Source of the DNA: an uncultured Rhodothermaceae bacterium
Lineage (GTDB): Bacteria; Bacteroidota; Rhodothermia; Rhodothermales; DASSAV01
DNA length: 47,276 bases
NCBI GenBank assembly: GCA_965365465.1
Contig: CBDUBU010000003.1
Location: 1-47,276, forward strand
Direction of reading: 5' to 3'
Below are positions 1-9,788 of the stretch, in pieces. The first letter of the stretch is position 1. Each line of letters starts with the position of its first letter. The notes under the pieces are model-generated. The model was not told where the DNA came from. It worked only from the letters and a program-made list of their open reading frames with translations, and searched no databases. The position numbers and the translations under genes were made by a program.

Positions 1-189
1 CTCGCAACCTCGGACTATCTGGCTGACGGAGGTGGAAACATGCCGGCGCTATGGAAGCCGGAAGCTCGTACAGAAACCAGTATGCTTCTGCGGGATGCGT
101 TCGTTCAGTATATTCGCAGGAAGGGCGCCGTCGATATGCGCATCGATGGTCGCATTACAATACCTGAAGGCGACTCGGCGCCAAAATAA
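1..189 (+). CDS. 5'-nucleotidase C-terminal (substrate-binding) domain protein, 3' end only
   Basis: Not in the ORF track. Frame 1 reads LATSDYLADGGGNMPALW...LLRDAFVQYIRRKGAVDMRIDGRITI, stop TAA at 187-189. Matches the 5_nucleotid_C end motifs, and the partner N-terminal half follows. Confidence 0.85.
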   Translation, partial: LATSDYLADGGGNMPALWKPEARTETSMLLRDAFVQYIRRKGAVDMRIDGRITIPEGDSAPK

Positions 190-244
190 ACAGCCATTTG
201 TTCAGGGTGCGTAGCACCTCATCAGGACAAAACAGAGATTCTCC

Positions 245-1165
245 ATGAATCGCCGTCGTTTTATCACAGCGCTCGCCGCCGGTTCAGCAGGCGCTGCGCT
301 TCTTCCTGCTTCTGCGATAGCAGCGGGAGAGACGCGACTGGTCATTCTACACACTAATGACACCCATTCGCACATTGATCCTTTTCCGATGGATGGAGGC
401 AGGCTTCAGGGGCTGGGTGGTGTGGCGCGACGCAAGAGCTTGATTGAGCAGATTCGGCGCGAAAACCGGCACGTTCTGCTCGTGGATAGCGGCGACATCT
501 TCCAGGGAACGCCCTATTTCAACTTCTTCCACGGCGAGATCGAGTTCAAAGCGATGTCTATGATAGGATACGACTTTGCTACCCTGGGCAATCATGACTT
601 CGACAATGGGGTGAAAGGACTTGCAGCCATGTTGCCCTATGCAGACTTTGAGTTTGTTTCCGCCAACTATGACGTAACACAGTCGCCTCTGGAAGGACGC
701 ATTCGTTCGTATGCGACGCGCTCTTTCGGGCCTTTAAAGGTTGGGATTTTTGGACTGGGGATCAGCTTTGAGCGGCTGGTTCTGCCTGCGCTCCACGAAG
801 GGGTTGCATACCATGATCCCATAGAAGCAGCCCGCCAGACGGTCGAGATACTGCGCCGTCAGGGGTGCAGCCTGATTGTCTGTCTTTCTCACCTGGGGTA
901 CAAATACGGCGACGACCAGATAAGCGATACCATACTGGCGCGGGAGGTCCCTGAGATCGATTTGATTCTCGGCGGACATACCCATACGTTCATGAATCAT
1001 CCAGATGTTTTTGCGCACTCCGATTCCAGGACCACTATTGTTCATCAGGTAGGGTGGGGAGGCGTACGTCTCGGGAGAATCGATCTGGCATTCGGAAGCA
1101 ATGGTCAGATCCAGCGGTGGGCCAGCGGCTCTGTCCCGGTTGATGGGCGCTTTGACCATGCCTGA
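245..1165 (+). CDS. Tat-exported metallophosphoesterase (5'-nucleotidase N-terminal catalytic half)
   Basis: NRRRFI Tat signal; motifs HTNDTHS, DSGD, LGNHDFD, LSHLG, GGHTH. Confidence 0.9.
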   Translation: MNRRRFITALAAGSAGAALLPASAIAAGETRLVILHTNDTHSHIDPFPMDGGRLQGLGGVARRKSLIEQIRRENRHVLLVDSGDIFQGTPYFNFFHGEIEFKAMSMIGYDFATLGNHDFDNGVKGLAAMLPYADFEFVSANYDVTQSPLEGRIRSYATRSFGPLKVGIFGLGISFERLVLPALHEGVAYHDPIEAARQTVEILRRQGCSLIVCLSHLGYKYGDDQISDTILAREVPEIDLILGGHTHTFMNHPDVFAHSDSRTTIVHQVGWGGVRLGRIDLAFGSNGQIQRWASGSVPVDGRFDHA

Positions 1166-1249
1166 TACCGAAGCAGGGACGCTGCCAGGTGTATAATACA
1201 GCTTGACCAAAACGCGATCAGAAAAACCAGTTATGCGGTTCTGAATTCT

Positions 1250-1912
1250 ATGGACGCATTGTTCTCCAGCGCCGAACAGGAAAAAATACGCGAAGCGGTT
1301 GCTCGCGCAGAAAAGCGCACGTCGGGAGAGATCGTACCCTATGTGGTGCAGCGCAGCGACCGTTATGACGCAGCAGTCTGGCGGGGCGCCTCTATCTTTG
1401 CTTTGCTGGCGCTCGCTGCTTCCGTGTTCATATTTCAGTTTTATCATGGGTGGAGCCTGGCCTGGCTTTATTCAGGTGGGGGGACGGCCTTTCTTGCGCT
1501 TATGGCGGGTACGCTTGGAGCAGTACTAGCGATGGTGATTCCACCTTTCAAGCGTTTTCTGGCAGGGGAGCGACGAATGGTGGAGATGGTGCATCTTCGC
1601 GCTATGGAAGCGTTCGTTCTGGAAGAGGTGTTCAGTACGCGGGAGAGGACTGGCATCCTCATTTTCATCTCTTTATTTGAACACCGAATTGAAGTGCTGG
1701 GCGATGCCGGGATCAACAAACAGGTAGCGGAAGAAGAATGGGCAGATGTGGTTGCCCGGATCAGGAAAGGGATCGTCGAGGATAAGCTTGCCGAGGGACT
1801 GGAGGATGCGCTGGGGATGTGCGGCGGCCTGCTGGATCGCTGTGGAATAGAACTGCGGGCCGATGATACAAACGAGTTGCCTGACGACATTCGGATACGA
1901 AAGCACCCGTGA
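1250..1912 (+). CDS. TPM-domain membrane protein
   Basis: AEKRTSGEI, two TM helices, TRERTGILIFIS, GDAGI, NELPD. Confidence 0.85.
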   Translation: MDALFSSAEQEKIREAVARAEKRTSGEIVPYVVQRSDRYDAAVWRGASIFALLALAASVFIFQFYHGWSLAWLYSGGGTAFLALMAGTLGAVLAMVIPPFKRFLAGERRMVEMVHLRAMEAFVLEEVFSTRERTGILIFISLFEHRIEVLGDAGINKQVAEEEWADVVARIRKGIVEDKLAEGLEDALGMCGGLLDRCGIELRADDTNELPDDIRIRKHP

Positions 1913-2002
1913 AGTTTCAGGCTTTATCCTTGTGTTGATTGGAAATTTATTGCAAGTGCTATGTTACCTGCTTCGTCGCCTGGAAAGTCTTTCTCTGGCA
2001 GG

Positions 2003-2329
2003 CTAGAGGAGTCCTAGTTCAAATTTGGCTTCGTCAGACATCATATCTCGATGGTAGGGAGGGTCGAAGGTCAACTCAACCTGGGCATCCGTGACGCCCG
2101 GTGTAACCCTTACCCTGTTCTCAACCTGCTGCGGCAGAATACCTGCGACTGGACATCCAGGCGCGGTCAGCGTCATTACAACATGAACTGTCCGGTCTGG
2201 TTGGATATTGATCTCATAGATCAGACCGAGGTCGTAGATGTTAACCGGGATCTCAGGATCGTACACAGTACGGAGACCTGCAATAATGCGCTCGGTGAGT
2301 TCCTCTGTTGTCGGATTTTCAGCATCCAT
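2003..2329 (-). CDS. sufT: DUF59 / SufT Fe-S assembly factor
   Basis: VYDPEIPVNIYDLGLIY, MTLTAPGCP; last gene of the suf operon. Start moved to ATG 2329. Confidence 0.9.
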   Translation of the reverse strand: MDAENPTTEELTERIIAGLRTVYDPEIPVNIYDLGLIYEINIQPDRTVHVVMTLTAPGCPVAGILPQQVENRVRVTPGVTDAQVELTFDPPYHRDMMSDEAKFELGLL

Positions 2330-2354
2330 AGGTTTCTTTTGCTGTCTTGACCTG

Positions 2355-2792
2355 TCAGTTACGCGCTGCTTCACAATATTGAAGCGCTGTAGTTTTCATC
2401 TGCTTAATCATACCGTTAAGCCCGTTCTTTCGAGTCGGCGAAAGGTGTTCCTGAAGACCTATCTGTTCAATGAAGCCGAGTTGCGCCCCGGACACCTCAC
2501 ACGGAGGTTGTCCTGAAAGCACTCGTATCAGGAGAGCGACAAGCCCCTTGGTGATCTGCGCATCACTATCCCCCGAGAAAAAAAGCAGCCCATCGCGCAG
2601 TTCCGCGTGAACCCAGACCTGCGCCTGGCAGCCGCGAACGCGATGCGCTTCGTCCTTGAACCGATCCTCTATGACGGGGATATTGCTTCCCTGTTCAATG
2701 AGGTATTCATACTTGCCCAGCCAGTCGTCGAACACAGCGAAATCATCAATGATGGATTGCTCGCGGTCTGTGATGGTAGAATCGGTACTCAT
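2355..2792 (-). CDS. sufE: SufE sulfur acceptor
   Basis: VRGCQAQVW, DSDAQITKGL, LSPTRKNGL; start likely ATG 2792. Confidence 0.95.
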   Translation of the reverse strand: MSTDSTITDREQSIIDDFAVFDDWLGKYEYLIEQGSNIPVIEDRFKDEAHRVRGCQAQVWVHAELRDGLLFFSGDSDAQITKGLVALLIRVLSGQPPCEVSGAQLGFIEQIGLQEHLSPTRKNGLNGMIKQMKTTALQYCEAARN

Positions 2793-2865
2793 AGGCAGCC
2801 GGGACATTCAGAATTGCGTCCTACTGAAGGATGGCAGGGTCAGGAAAGCGTGCGCCGCCCGGTAG

Positions 2866-4125
2866 TTATGCAAACAAAGTTTTCACTTTGTTCAAGCCAT
2901 GCACCAGCGCGTCCACATCTTCCTCGTTATTGTAAAACGCGAAAGATGCACGCACCGTGCCAGGGATGCCGTAATGGTGCATCAAAGGCTGCGTACAATG
3001 ATGCCCGGTTCGTACAGCGATTCCCAGTCTGTCGAGAACTGTACCGGCATCGTAGGGATGAACGCCCTCCATCAGGAACGAAACAACGCTTGCCTTTTCG
3101 CGCGCAGTGCCAATAATCCTTAAACCGTTTATTTCCAGCAGGCGTCGGGTCGCATAATCGAGTAGATAACGCTCATGCGATGCAATGGCGTCAAGGCCGA
3201 CGGTTTGCATATACTCCACGGCGGCCCCCAGCCCAATGACCCCCGCAATGTTGGGCGTGCCTGCCTCAAACTTATGAGGAAGGACATTGAAAGTTGTTTT
3301 CTCAAACGACACGGAATCAATCATGTCGCCGCCGCCCTGGTAGGGAGGCATATTTTCCAGAAGCTGTTCCTTTCCAAATAAAACACCGGCGCCGGTTGGC
3401 CCGAACATTTTGTGACCGGAGAAACAGTAGAAGTCGCAATCGAGAGCCTGCACGTCTACCCTGCCATGCGGGACGGCCTGAGCGCCATCCACAAGCACCG
3501 GGACACCTGCGGCGTGCGCCGTTTCGATCATACGCCGAACGGGATTGATAGTCCCTAATGCGTTGGACACATGAGCGATAGCAACGACTCGCGTTTTTTC
3601 ATTCAACAGACTTTCATATGCTTCAAAGATGATTTCTCCACGCTCTGTAATTGGAATGACCCGGAGGCGAGCGCCCTTTTCCTCACAAAGCAACTGCCAG
3701 GGTACAATGTTTGAGTGATGTTCCATCATGGAGATGATGATTTCATCCCCGGCTGACACACAGGAGCGCCCGTAGGAAGATGCAACCAGATTGATGGCGT
3801 CCGTCGTGCCGCGTGTGAAGATAACCTGGCGTGCAGTCGGCGCATTAATAAATCGTGCGATCAGATCTCTGGAGCGTTCGTAATCGTCAGAGGCTTGCTG
3901 GCTAAGGAAATGCACTCCCCGGTGAACATTGCTGTTCTCGGTCTGATAGTATTGTACCAGGCGCTCTATGACGGCGCGAGGTTTCTGAGAAGTGGCTGCG
4001 TTGTCCAGATAGACCAGCGGCACGCCATACACTTCCTGGTGCAATGCTGGAAAATCGGAGCGAATTTTTGCGTGATCCGGCAGCACGCCCGCATTCTGGA
4101 GGAGAGAAAGTTCGGTCGTTTGCAT
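2866..4125 (-). CDS. sufS: Cysteine desulfurase SufS
   Basis: YLDNAATSQKP, FSGHKMFGPTG (PLP lysine), RTGHHC. Confidence 0.96.
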   Translation of the reverse strand: MQTTELSLLQNAGVLPDHAKIRSDFPALHQEVYGVPLVYLDNAATSQKPRAVIERLVQYYQTENSNVHRGVHFLSQQASDDYERSRDLIARFINAPTARQVIFTRGTTDAINLVASSYGRSCVSAGDEIIISMMEHHSNIVPWQLLCEEKGARLRVIPITERGEIIFEAYESLLNEKTRVVAIAHVSNALGTINPVRRMIETAHAAGVPVLVDGAQAVPHGRVDVQALDCDFYCFSGHKMFGPTGAGVLFGKEQLLENMPPYQGGGDMIDSVSFEKTTFNVLPHKFEAGTPNIAGVIGLGAAVEYMQTVGLDAIASHERYLLDYATRRLLEINGLRIIGTAREKASVVSFLMEGVHPYDAGTVLDRLGIAVRTGHHCTQPLMHHYGIPGTVRASFAFYNNEEDVDALVHGLNKVKTLFA

Positions 4126-4231
4126 GGTTTTATCGGGCTAACAGCGGGTTCTCGACCGTGACTCATAGCACAAGACCGGCTTGATTTCCCATTAGCCGAT
4201 GTCTTCCTTTAGCAGGCAAAGAAGGCGCTCA

Positions 4232-5569
4232 TCAGTCGTGAAAACGCTCTCTCAATTTCTCATCGAGCAAGACGCGAAGAGGGTCCACTTTTATATTATC
4301 CGTCACGTCTCGAGCAAAGGCGAGAAGCAGGACGGTGCGAGCATGACGTTCCGTGAATCCGCGTGATCTGAGATAGAACAAAGCCTCACGGTCAAGCTGT
4401 CCCGTCGTCGCGCCGTGGCTACACTTGACATCGTCTGCGTAGATCTCCAGTTCCGGCTTCGAGTACATCCGGGCGGTATCTGTCAGCACAATGCTTTTGT
4501 TAGACTGGTAAGCATTGGTTTGTTGGGCGTCTCGATGCACGTAGACCTTCCCGTTGAAGACGCCGGTTGAAGCATCGTTCAGAACTCCCTTGTAGAGTTC
4601 ATTGCTGAGACAGTTCGGCCTGGCGTGGTCGACGAGCGTATGGTTATCCACATGCATGTCATCTTTTCCGAGGAAAAGGCCGTACAGGTGTGCCTCGCAA
4701 TCTTCAGCGTCGAGCATGAACTGCAAGTCGTTCCTTACAATCTCTCCGCTGAGTGTTATGGTATTGACCGTGACGTTGCTATGCCTTGTCTGATAAACTT
4801 GCAGTTTATTGACTTGAGACGCTGAATCACCTTCATCCTGCACCCGACAGCAATCTACCGTGGCGTTTTCACCTGCGAAAAGCTCCATGACAGCATTGGT
4901 GAGTGTCCTGGTGTCTGAGAGCCTGTGGTGCGTTTCGATGAGGGTCAACCTGCTGCTTCGACCGGTCACAACAAGGCTTCGGGGCTGTATGAGCACGTCA
5001 TCATCGCTGCTGATTACGTGAAGAACATGCACCGGCTGTTCCAGATCTATATTATCAGGCACATAGACAAAAGCACCGTCGTGTGTAAATGCCGTATTGA
5101 GCGCTGTGAGAGAATCCGATCGGTGGTCGGCATATCGGGCAAAGTGCCGATTAACGATCTCCGGATGTGATTCGGTTGCCTGTCTAAACCCACAGATTAT
5201 GGCGCCTGCCGGAAGGGTTCCAACAGTAGAAGCCTCAGCGGAAAACCGGCCATCCAAGAGCACAACAATGTGCGCGTCAAGGCCGCCTATGCGCAACGAT
5301 TCAAGACTTGCGTGCAGCGTTTCCACATTTCTCGGCCCGGTCGTGAGGCTGAACTCATGACGCAGCAGCTTTTCGATGTTCGTGTATTTCCACGACTCCA
5401 GCTTTCGTGTAGGAATGCCAAGTGTTTCAAAGCTTTGAATGGCCTCAGCGCGTATTCTCTGTACAGCAGCATTGCTGCCATTGAGCGTATGCCCCTGCTG
5501 CATTTCAAACGCTGAGATGAAGCGATCTTCCAGGCGAATACTGGTTTTTACAGGCGAAGGGTTCACCAT
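4232..5569 (-). CDS. sufD: Fe-S assembly protein SufD
   Basis: ESWKYT, KPELEIYADDVKCSHGAT, FYLRSRG. Confidence 0.95.
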   Translation of the reverse strand: MVNPSPVKTSIRLEDRFISAFEMQQGHTLNGSNAAVQRIRAEAIQSFETLGIPTRKLESWKYTNIEKLLRHEFSLTTGPRNVETLHASLESLRIGGLDAHIVVLLDGRFSAEASTVGTLPAGAIICGFRQATESHPEIVNRHFARYADHRSDSLTALNTAFTHDGAFVYVPDNIDLEQPVHVLHVISSDDDVLIQPRSLVVTGRSSRLTLIETHHRLSDTRTLTNAVMELFAGENATVDCCRVQDEGDSASQVNKLQVYQTRHSNVTVNTITLSGEIVRNDLQFMLDAEDCEAHLYGLFLGKDDMHVDNHTLVDHARPNCLSNELYKGVLNDASTGVFNGKVYVHRDAQQTNAYQSNKSIVLTDTARMYSKPELEIYADDVKCSHGATTGQLDREALFYLRSRGFTERHARTVLLLAFARDVTDNIKVDPLRVLLDEKLRERFHD

Positions 5570-5666
5570 ATTTTCAAATCAGTCCGTTATTGATCTACCG
5601 ACCGCCTGTACAATGCCATAGCATCTTGAAAAAGCGGCTTTGTGTCTGAAAGGGCGGAGCGGTGCT

Positions 5667-6473
5667 TTAAGCAATCGTTGGGGTCTCACGGGCGAAGCCT
5701 GCTGCTTCATCCAGCGAAGCGACCGGCTCTTCACGAATCCAGTCGTATCCTCTCTCTTCGAGCTCCAGAGCAAGATCTTTATCGCCCGACTTGACAATTC
5801 TGCCATCTACAAGGACATGCACAAAGTCCGGAACGATATAATCTAACAGGCGCTGATAGTGCGTGATTACAACGAAAGCGCGATCGCTGGAACGTAGGGA
5901 ATTCACCCCGTCTGCTACGATGCGGAGGGCGTCAATGTCCAGTCCGGAATCAGTTTCATCCAGAATGGCAAGTTGCGGTTCCAGCATGGCCAGTTGGAAG
6001 ATCTCATTGCGTTTTTTCTCGCCGCCGGAGAAACCTTCGTTAACAGAGCGCTTGGTCAGATCAGCATCGAGCTGCACGAGGCGGGCCTTTTCCCGCATCA
6101 TGCCCAGGAATTCGACAGCGCCGACAGCATCCAGACCGCGATGCGCACGGACAGCATTGAGTGCCTCCTTCAAAAAGTTGGTCATGCTGACGCCAGGAAG
6201 CTCTACCGGGTATTGAAAGGCAAGAAAAACGCCATTGCGAGCGCGTTCATCCGGGTCCATGTCCAGTAAATTATGTCCCTTATAGAGAACATCCCCGCCC
6301 GTCACTTCATATTCTTCACGTCCGGCAAGTACAGACGCGAGTGTACTTTTCCCGGAGCCGTTTGGGCCCATGATTGCATGAACCTCGCCAGGGTTCACGG
6401 AGAGGTTGACGCCTTTAAGGATCTCCTTGCCCTCGATGCGTACTTTTAAATCCTGTATTTCCAGTATAGACAT
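5667..6473 (-). CDS. sufC: Fe-S assembly ATPase SufC
   Basis: [39 protein letters not shown]; start likely ATG 6473. Confidence 0.96.
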   Translation of the reverse strand: MSILEIQDLKVRIEGKEILKGVNLSVNPGEVHAIMGPNGSGKSTLASVLAGREEYEVTGGDVLYKGHNLLDMDPDERARNGVFLAFQYPVELPGVSMTNFLKEALNAVRAHRGLDAVGAVEFLGMMREKARLVQLDADLTKRSVNEGFSGGEKKRNEIFQLAMLEPQLAILDETDSGLDIDALRIVADGVNSLRSSDRAFVVITHYQRLLDYIVPDFVHVLVDGRIVKSGDKDLALELEERGYDWIREEPVASLDEAAGFARETPTIA

Positions 6474-6551
6474 ATAATCGTTAGCTAGATACAATTCGGG
6501 TGAGTGCTGTTGAGAGTAACGTTATGCCAGGTTCTGAAACGTACGTTCCAA

Positions 6552-8006
6552 TCAGCCAACGCTGCCCTCTAATTCGATAGACAGGAGCTTCTGTGCTTCG
6601 ACAGCAAACTCCATAGGCAGCACCGCAAGGATTTCTTTGCAGAAGCCATTAACGATAAGTTTTATGGCTTCCGCCTCGCCGATCCCGCGCTGGTTGCAGT
6701 AAAAGATCTGGTCTTCACCGACCTTCGAAGTTGTGGCCTCATGTTCGACCTGCGCCGAAGGGTTGAACACCTCTATATAAGGAAAGGTGTGTGCGCCGCA
6801 TTTATCGCCGAGCAAGAGAGAATCGCACTGAGAGAAGTTGCGAGCGTTCTCAGCCGATTTGTTGATCCTGACAAGACCCCGGTAGCTATTGTTGCTAAAG
6901 CCTCCGGAAATTCCTTTGGAGATTATCGTGCTTCTGGTGTTTTTTCCAATATGCGTCATCTTCGTGCCCGTATCGGCTTGCTGCCGCCCTTTGGTAAAGG
7001 CAACCGAATAGAACTCTCCTACGGAGTGGTCGCCTTTGAGAATGACGCTGGGGTATTTCCAGGTAATGGAAGAACCCGTTTCTAACTGAGTCCACGAGAT
7101 CTTGGAGTGATCTCCTGCGCATATCCCTCTCTTTGTCACGAAGTTATAGACCCCTCCTTTTCCTTCACGGTCTCCAGGATACCAGTTCTGGATCGTAGAA
7201 TATTTCACTTCGGCATTCTTGTGAGCGTAAATCTCAACGACAGCAGCGTGCAACTGATTTTCATCACGTCGGGGAGCCGTGCAGCCTTCGAGATAGCTGA
7301 CATAGCTCTCTTCTTCCGCGATGATAAGTGTCCGTTCAAACTGTCCGGTGCCCTGCGCATTGATCCGGAAGTAGGTTGACAATTCCATCGGGCAATGCAC
7401 GCCCTTCGGTATGTACGCGAAAGACCCGTCGCTGAATACCGCTGAATTCAGCGCAGCGTAGAAATTGTCTGTGTAGGGCACAACGGAACCCATGTACTTC
7501 CGTACCAGATCCGGAAACTCGTCGATGGCCTCCCCGAAAGAGCAGAAAATGACGCCCTGTTTGGAAAGCTCCTCTTTGAAGGTAGTAGCGACAGAGACGC
7601 TGTCCATTACAACGTCTACAGCCACACCGGCCAGCAGCTTCTGCTCCTGCAGCGAGATGCCAAGCTTTTCGAAGGTGTCCAAGAGGTTGGGGTCAACCTC
7701 GTCAAGGCTCTTGTATTTCGGCTTGTTGTTGGGCGCCGAGTAATAGCTGATGTCCTGAAAATCGATATCAGGATATTCTATGTGCGCCCAACGCGGGTAT
7801 TTGTCCTCAAGCGTCTGCCAGTGTCGAAAAGCCCGGAGCCTCCATTCGAGCATCCATTCGGGTTCTCCTTTTTTGGCAGAGATAAGGCGTACCGTTTCCT
7901 CACTCAACCCTTTTGGAGCCGTGTCCGCGTCAATGTCCGTTACAAAACCGTACTTATAGTCACTGTCCGCGACCTCCTGGAGGAACACGCTTTCAGAATT
8001 ACTCAT
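6552..8006 (-). CDS. sufB: Fe-S scaffold SufB
   Basis: [42 protein letters not shown]. Confidence 0.97.
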   Translation of the reverse strand: MSNSESVFLQEVADSDYKYGFVTDIDADTAPKGLSEETVRLISAKKGEPEWMLEWRLRAFRHWQTLEDKYPRWAHIEYPDIDFQDISYYSAPNNKPKYKSLDEVDPNLLDTFEKLGISLQEQKLLAGVAVDVVMDSVSVATTFKEELSKQGVIFCSFGEAIDEFPDLVRKYMGSVVPYTDNFYAALNSAVFSDGSFAYIPKGVHCPMELSTYFRINAQGTGQFERTLIIAEEESYVSYLEGCTAPRRDENQLHAAVVEIYAHKNAEVKYSTIQNWYPGDREGKGGVYNFVTKRGICAGDHSKISWTQLETGSSITWKYPSVILKGDHSVGEFYSVAFTKGRQQADTGTKMTHIGKNTRSTIISKGISGGFSNNSYRGLVRINKSAENARNFSQCDSLLLGDKCGAHTFPYIEVFNPSAQVEHEATTSKVGEDQIFYCNQRGIGEAEAIKLIVNGFCKEILAVLPMEFAVEAQKLLSIELEGSVG

Positions 8007-8058
8007 AATGCTGCTGCAATGCTTGCTTGTGCAATGGCTACGATGGACATGTTCTTGT

Positions 8059-8079
8059 TCTTTAGACTTAATCTAAAGA
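8059..8079. promoter_or_regulatory. Perfect 8-5-8 palindrome, candidate iron-responsive regulator operator
   Basis: TCTTTAGA-CTTAA-TCTAAAGA, about 53 bp upstream of the sufB start in the divergent sufB/sufA region. Confidence 0.65.
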
Positions 8080-8296
8080 GTCCCGGGAGTACTAACGCTT
8101 GAAAGGACGTGAGGATTCTGTTGATAGACAACGAATCGGCGTGTAAATGCTAGGTGCTGGAATGACCGGGGCAAATACTGATTACTGCCGGAACAACAAG
8201 GGTGTTCCTCCCCAGCACGGCTGCAGAAACCAGCAAAATGTCTGGGGGTACAAAGTGATGGCTGTAAACCTATGTATCCAAAGAACGCAGAAGAGA

Positions 8297-8629
8297 ATGG
8301 ATATTCAAATTACGGAACATGCGCTTGCGAGAATAAAGCAGGCGGCGAAGACCGAAGGCGTTGACATCAATCAGGCTATGCTTCGCGTGGCTGTGTCGCC
8401 GGGAGGATGTTCCGGACTGACCTACGACCTGGGTTGGGATACGACCTTTCAGGAAAATGACAGCATCACAGAAATGGCGGGCATTCGTGTGGTGATCGAT
8501 GCGCGAAGCCATTTGTACCTTGAGGGTTCTACGCTAGACTTTTCAGAAGGTCTGGAGGGCAAGGGCTTTCATTTTTTTAATCCCCAGGCTACGCGTACCT
8601 GTGCCTGTGGAGAGTCATTTGGAATGTAA
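8297..8629 (+). CDS. sufA: A-type Fe-S carrier (IscA/SufA/HesB family)
   Basis: GGCSGLTY and TCACGESF; start moved to ATG 8297 (MDIQITEHA). Confidence 0.92.
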   Translation: MDIQITEHALARIKQAAKTEGVDINQAMLRVAVSPGGCSGLTYDLGWDTTFQENDSITEMAGIRVVIDARSHLYLEGSTLDFSEGLEGKGFHFFNPQATRTCACGESFGM

Positions 8630-8656
8630 CAGACAGGCAGATCTGGTTTCGAGCGT

Positions 8657-9145
8657 TCAAGGCTGCTCCTTTCGCAGCCATGAAACATGGTCGGTTTCGG
8701 TAATGCCATAGGAATCAGCCACTCCTGCCTGTGTTTCTACAACATACCGGGCCGCTCCTATAGAGGAAACTTGCTGAGGGGAAAGCGGCCTCGTGTATTT
8801 TGCAATATTGACGATCTCGGAATCTGCGTCTACGAAAAAAATATCGAGTGAAAGAGGTGTATTTGCCATCCAGAAACTCTGAGGTTCTGCCCGGTCAAAG
8901 ATAAACAGCATACCACTTTTCGGGGGTAGGGAGGAGCGCGCCATCAAACCTCGCGTTCGTGTCGAATCTGTATCTGCTATTTCAATATCTATCGTTAAAA
9001 GCGTTTGCCCGTCTCGTGTAAAGCTAAGCGTGCCATCCGGGTCGAAGGCTATTCCTTCAGTCTCCGGTGTTTCAGAGGGCGCATCCTTTCCGGCTTGGCA
9101 GCCAACGGCAAGCGCCAGAAGCAGAAGTGGAAATATTCGGTGCAT
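8657..9145 (-). CDS. DUF192 lipoprotein
   Basis: Lipobox LAVGC; RGLMAR, GMLFIF, FWMANTPLSLDIFF, YVVE. Confidence 0.88.
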   Translation of the reverse strand: MHRIFPLLLLALAVGCQAGKDAPSETPETEGIAFDPDGTLSFTRDGQTLLTIDIEIADTDSTRTRGLMARSSLPPKSGMLFIFDRAEPQSFWMANTPLSLDIFFVDADSEIVNIAKYTRPLSPQQVSSIGAARYVVETQAGVADSYGITETDHVSWLRKEQP

Positions 9146-9197
9146 TGGGAGGGGAAAACAGTGGTCAGGAAGAAATAAAACACACTTTTAAATAAAC

Positions 9198-9728
9198 TTA
9201 CCGCCCGATCTGCTGTTCATCTCTGCTCCAACGGATGTATGCGCCCGGAGAGATGCCGAATCGCTTTGAAAATCCGGCCCTGACTTCGACGACATACTGC
9301 GCTGGAGCGATTGATCGTACAGGATCTCTCGATAAGGGACGCGCCCGTTCGATATTCACAATCCCGGAATCGGCTGCAACAAACATCATCTCCAGCGGAA
9401 TAAAGGTGTTTTCCATCCAGAAGCTGAGCGTATCCGGCTGGTCAAAGACGAACAGCATTCCCGTATTCATTTCGAGATCACGTCGCTGCATCAGCCCTCG
9501 CGTCCGCGCCGAATCACCTTCTGCAATCTCAATGTTTATAGAGGTGATCAGTGATCCGGCGGCATCCACAAACGTAAGCGTACCCTGATTGCTGAATGGG
9601 AGATCAGTCTGTAGCCTGGGGAGTTCTTCGTCTGCGTTGCAACCGAAAAGAGCCAGGAAAACGAGCGGAGCCGCCCAATGAAACGCGACGAAAGGGCGCT
9701 GGAGAATTCGGAAGAAAGGGTCACGCAT
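9198..9728 (-). CDS. DUF192 lipoprotein (paralog)
   Basis: Lipobox LFGC; RGLMQR, GMLFVF, FWMENTFIPLE, YVVEV. Confidence 0.88.
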   Translation of the reverse strand: MRDPFFRILQRPFVAFHWAAPLVFLALFGCNADEELPRLQTDLPFSNQGTLTFVDAAGSLITSINIEIAEGDSARTRGLMQRRDLEMNTGMLFVFDQPDTLSFWMENTFIPLEMMFVAADSGIVNIERARPLSRDPVRSIAPAQYVVEVRAGFSKRFGISPGAYIRWSRDEQQIGR

Positions 9729-9788
9729 ACAACGGAAAAAGACAGACTATAGCGATGTGGGAGGAGCCGCCTGTTGCATGATGGCATC

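Noticed and set aside
32-214. 60-aa ORF in the track
   Set aside because: Wrong frame; the real coding frame is frame 1 (1-189, 5'-nucleotidase C-terminus).
1-1165. Split 5'-nucleotidase read as a broken gene
   Set aside because: The second half has its own Tat signal, and the two-gene form is the normal arrangement in Bacteroidota-related bacteria.
8147-8296. 50-aa Cys-containing N-terminal extension on sufA
   Set aside because: The family domain starts at ATG 8297; the extension looks like read-through of the promoter region.
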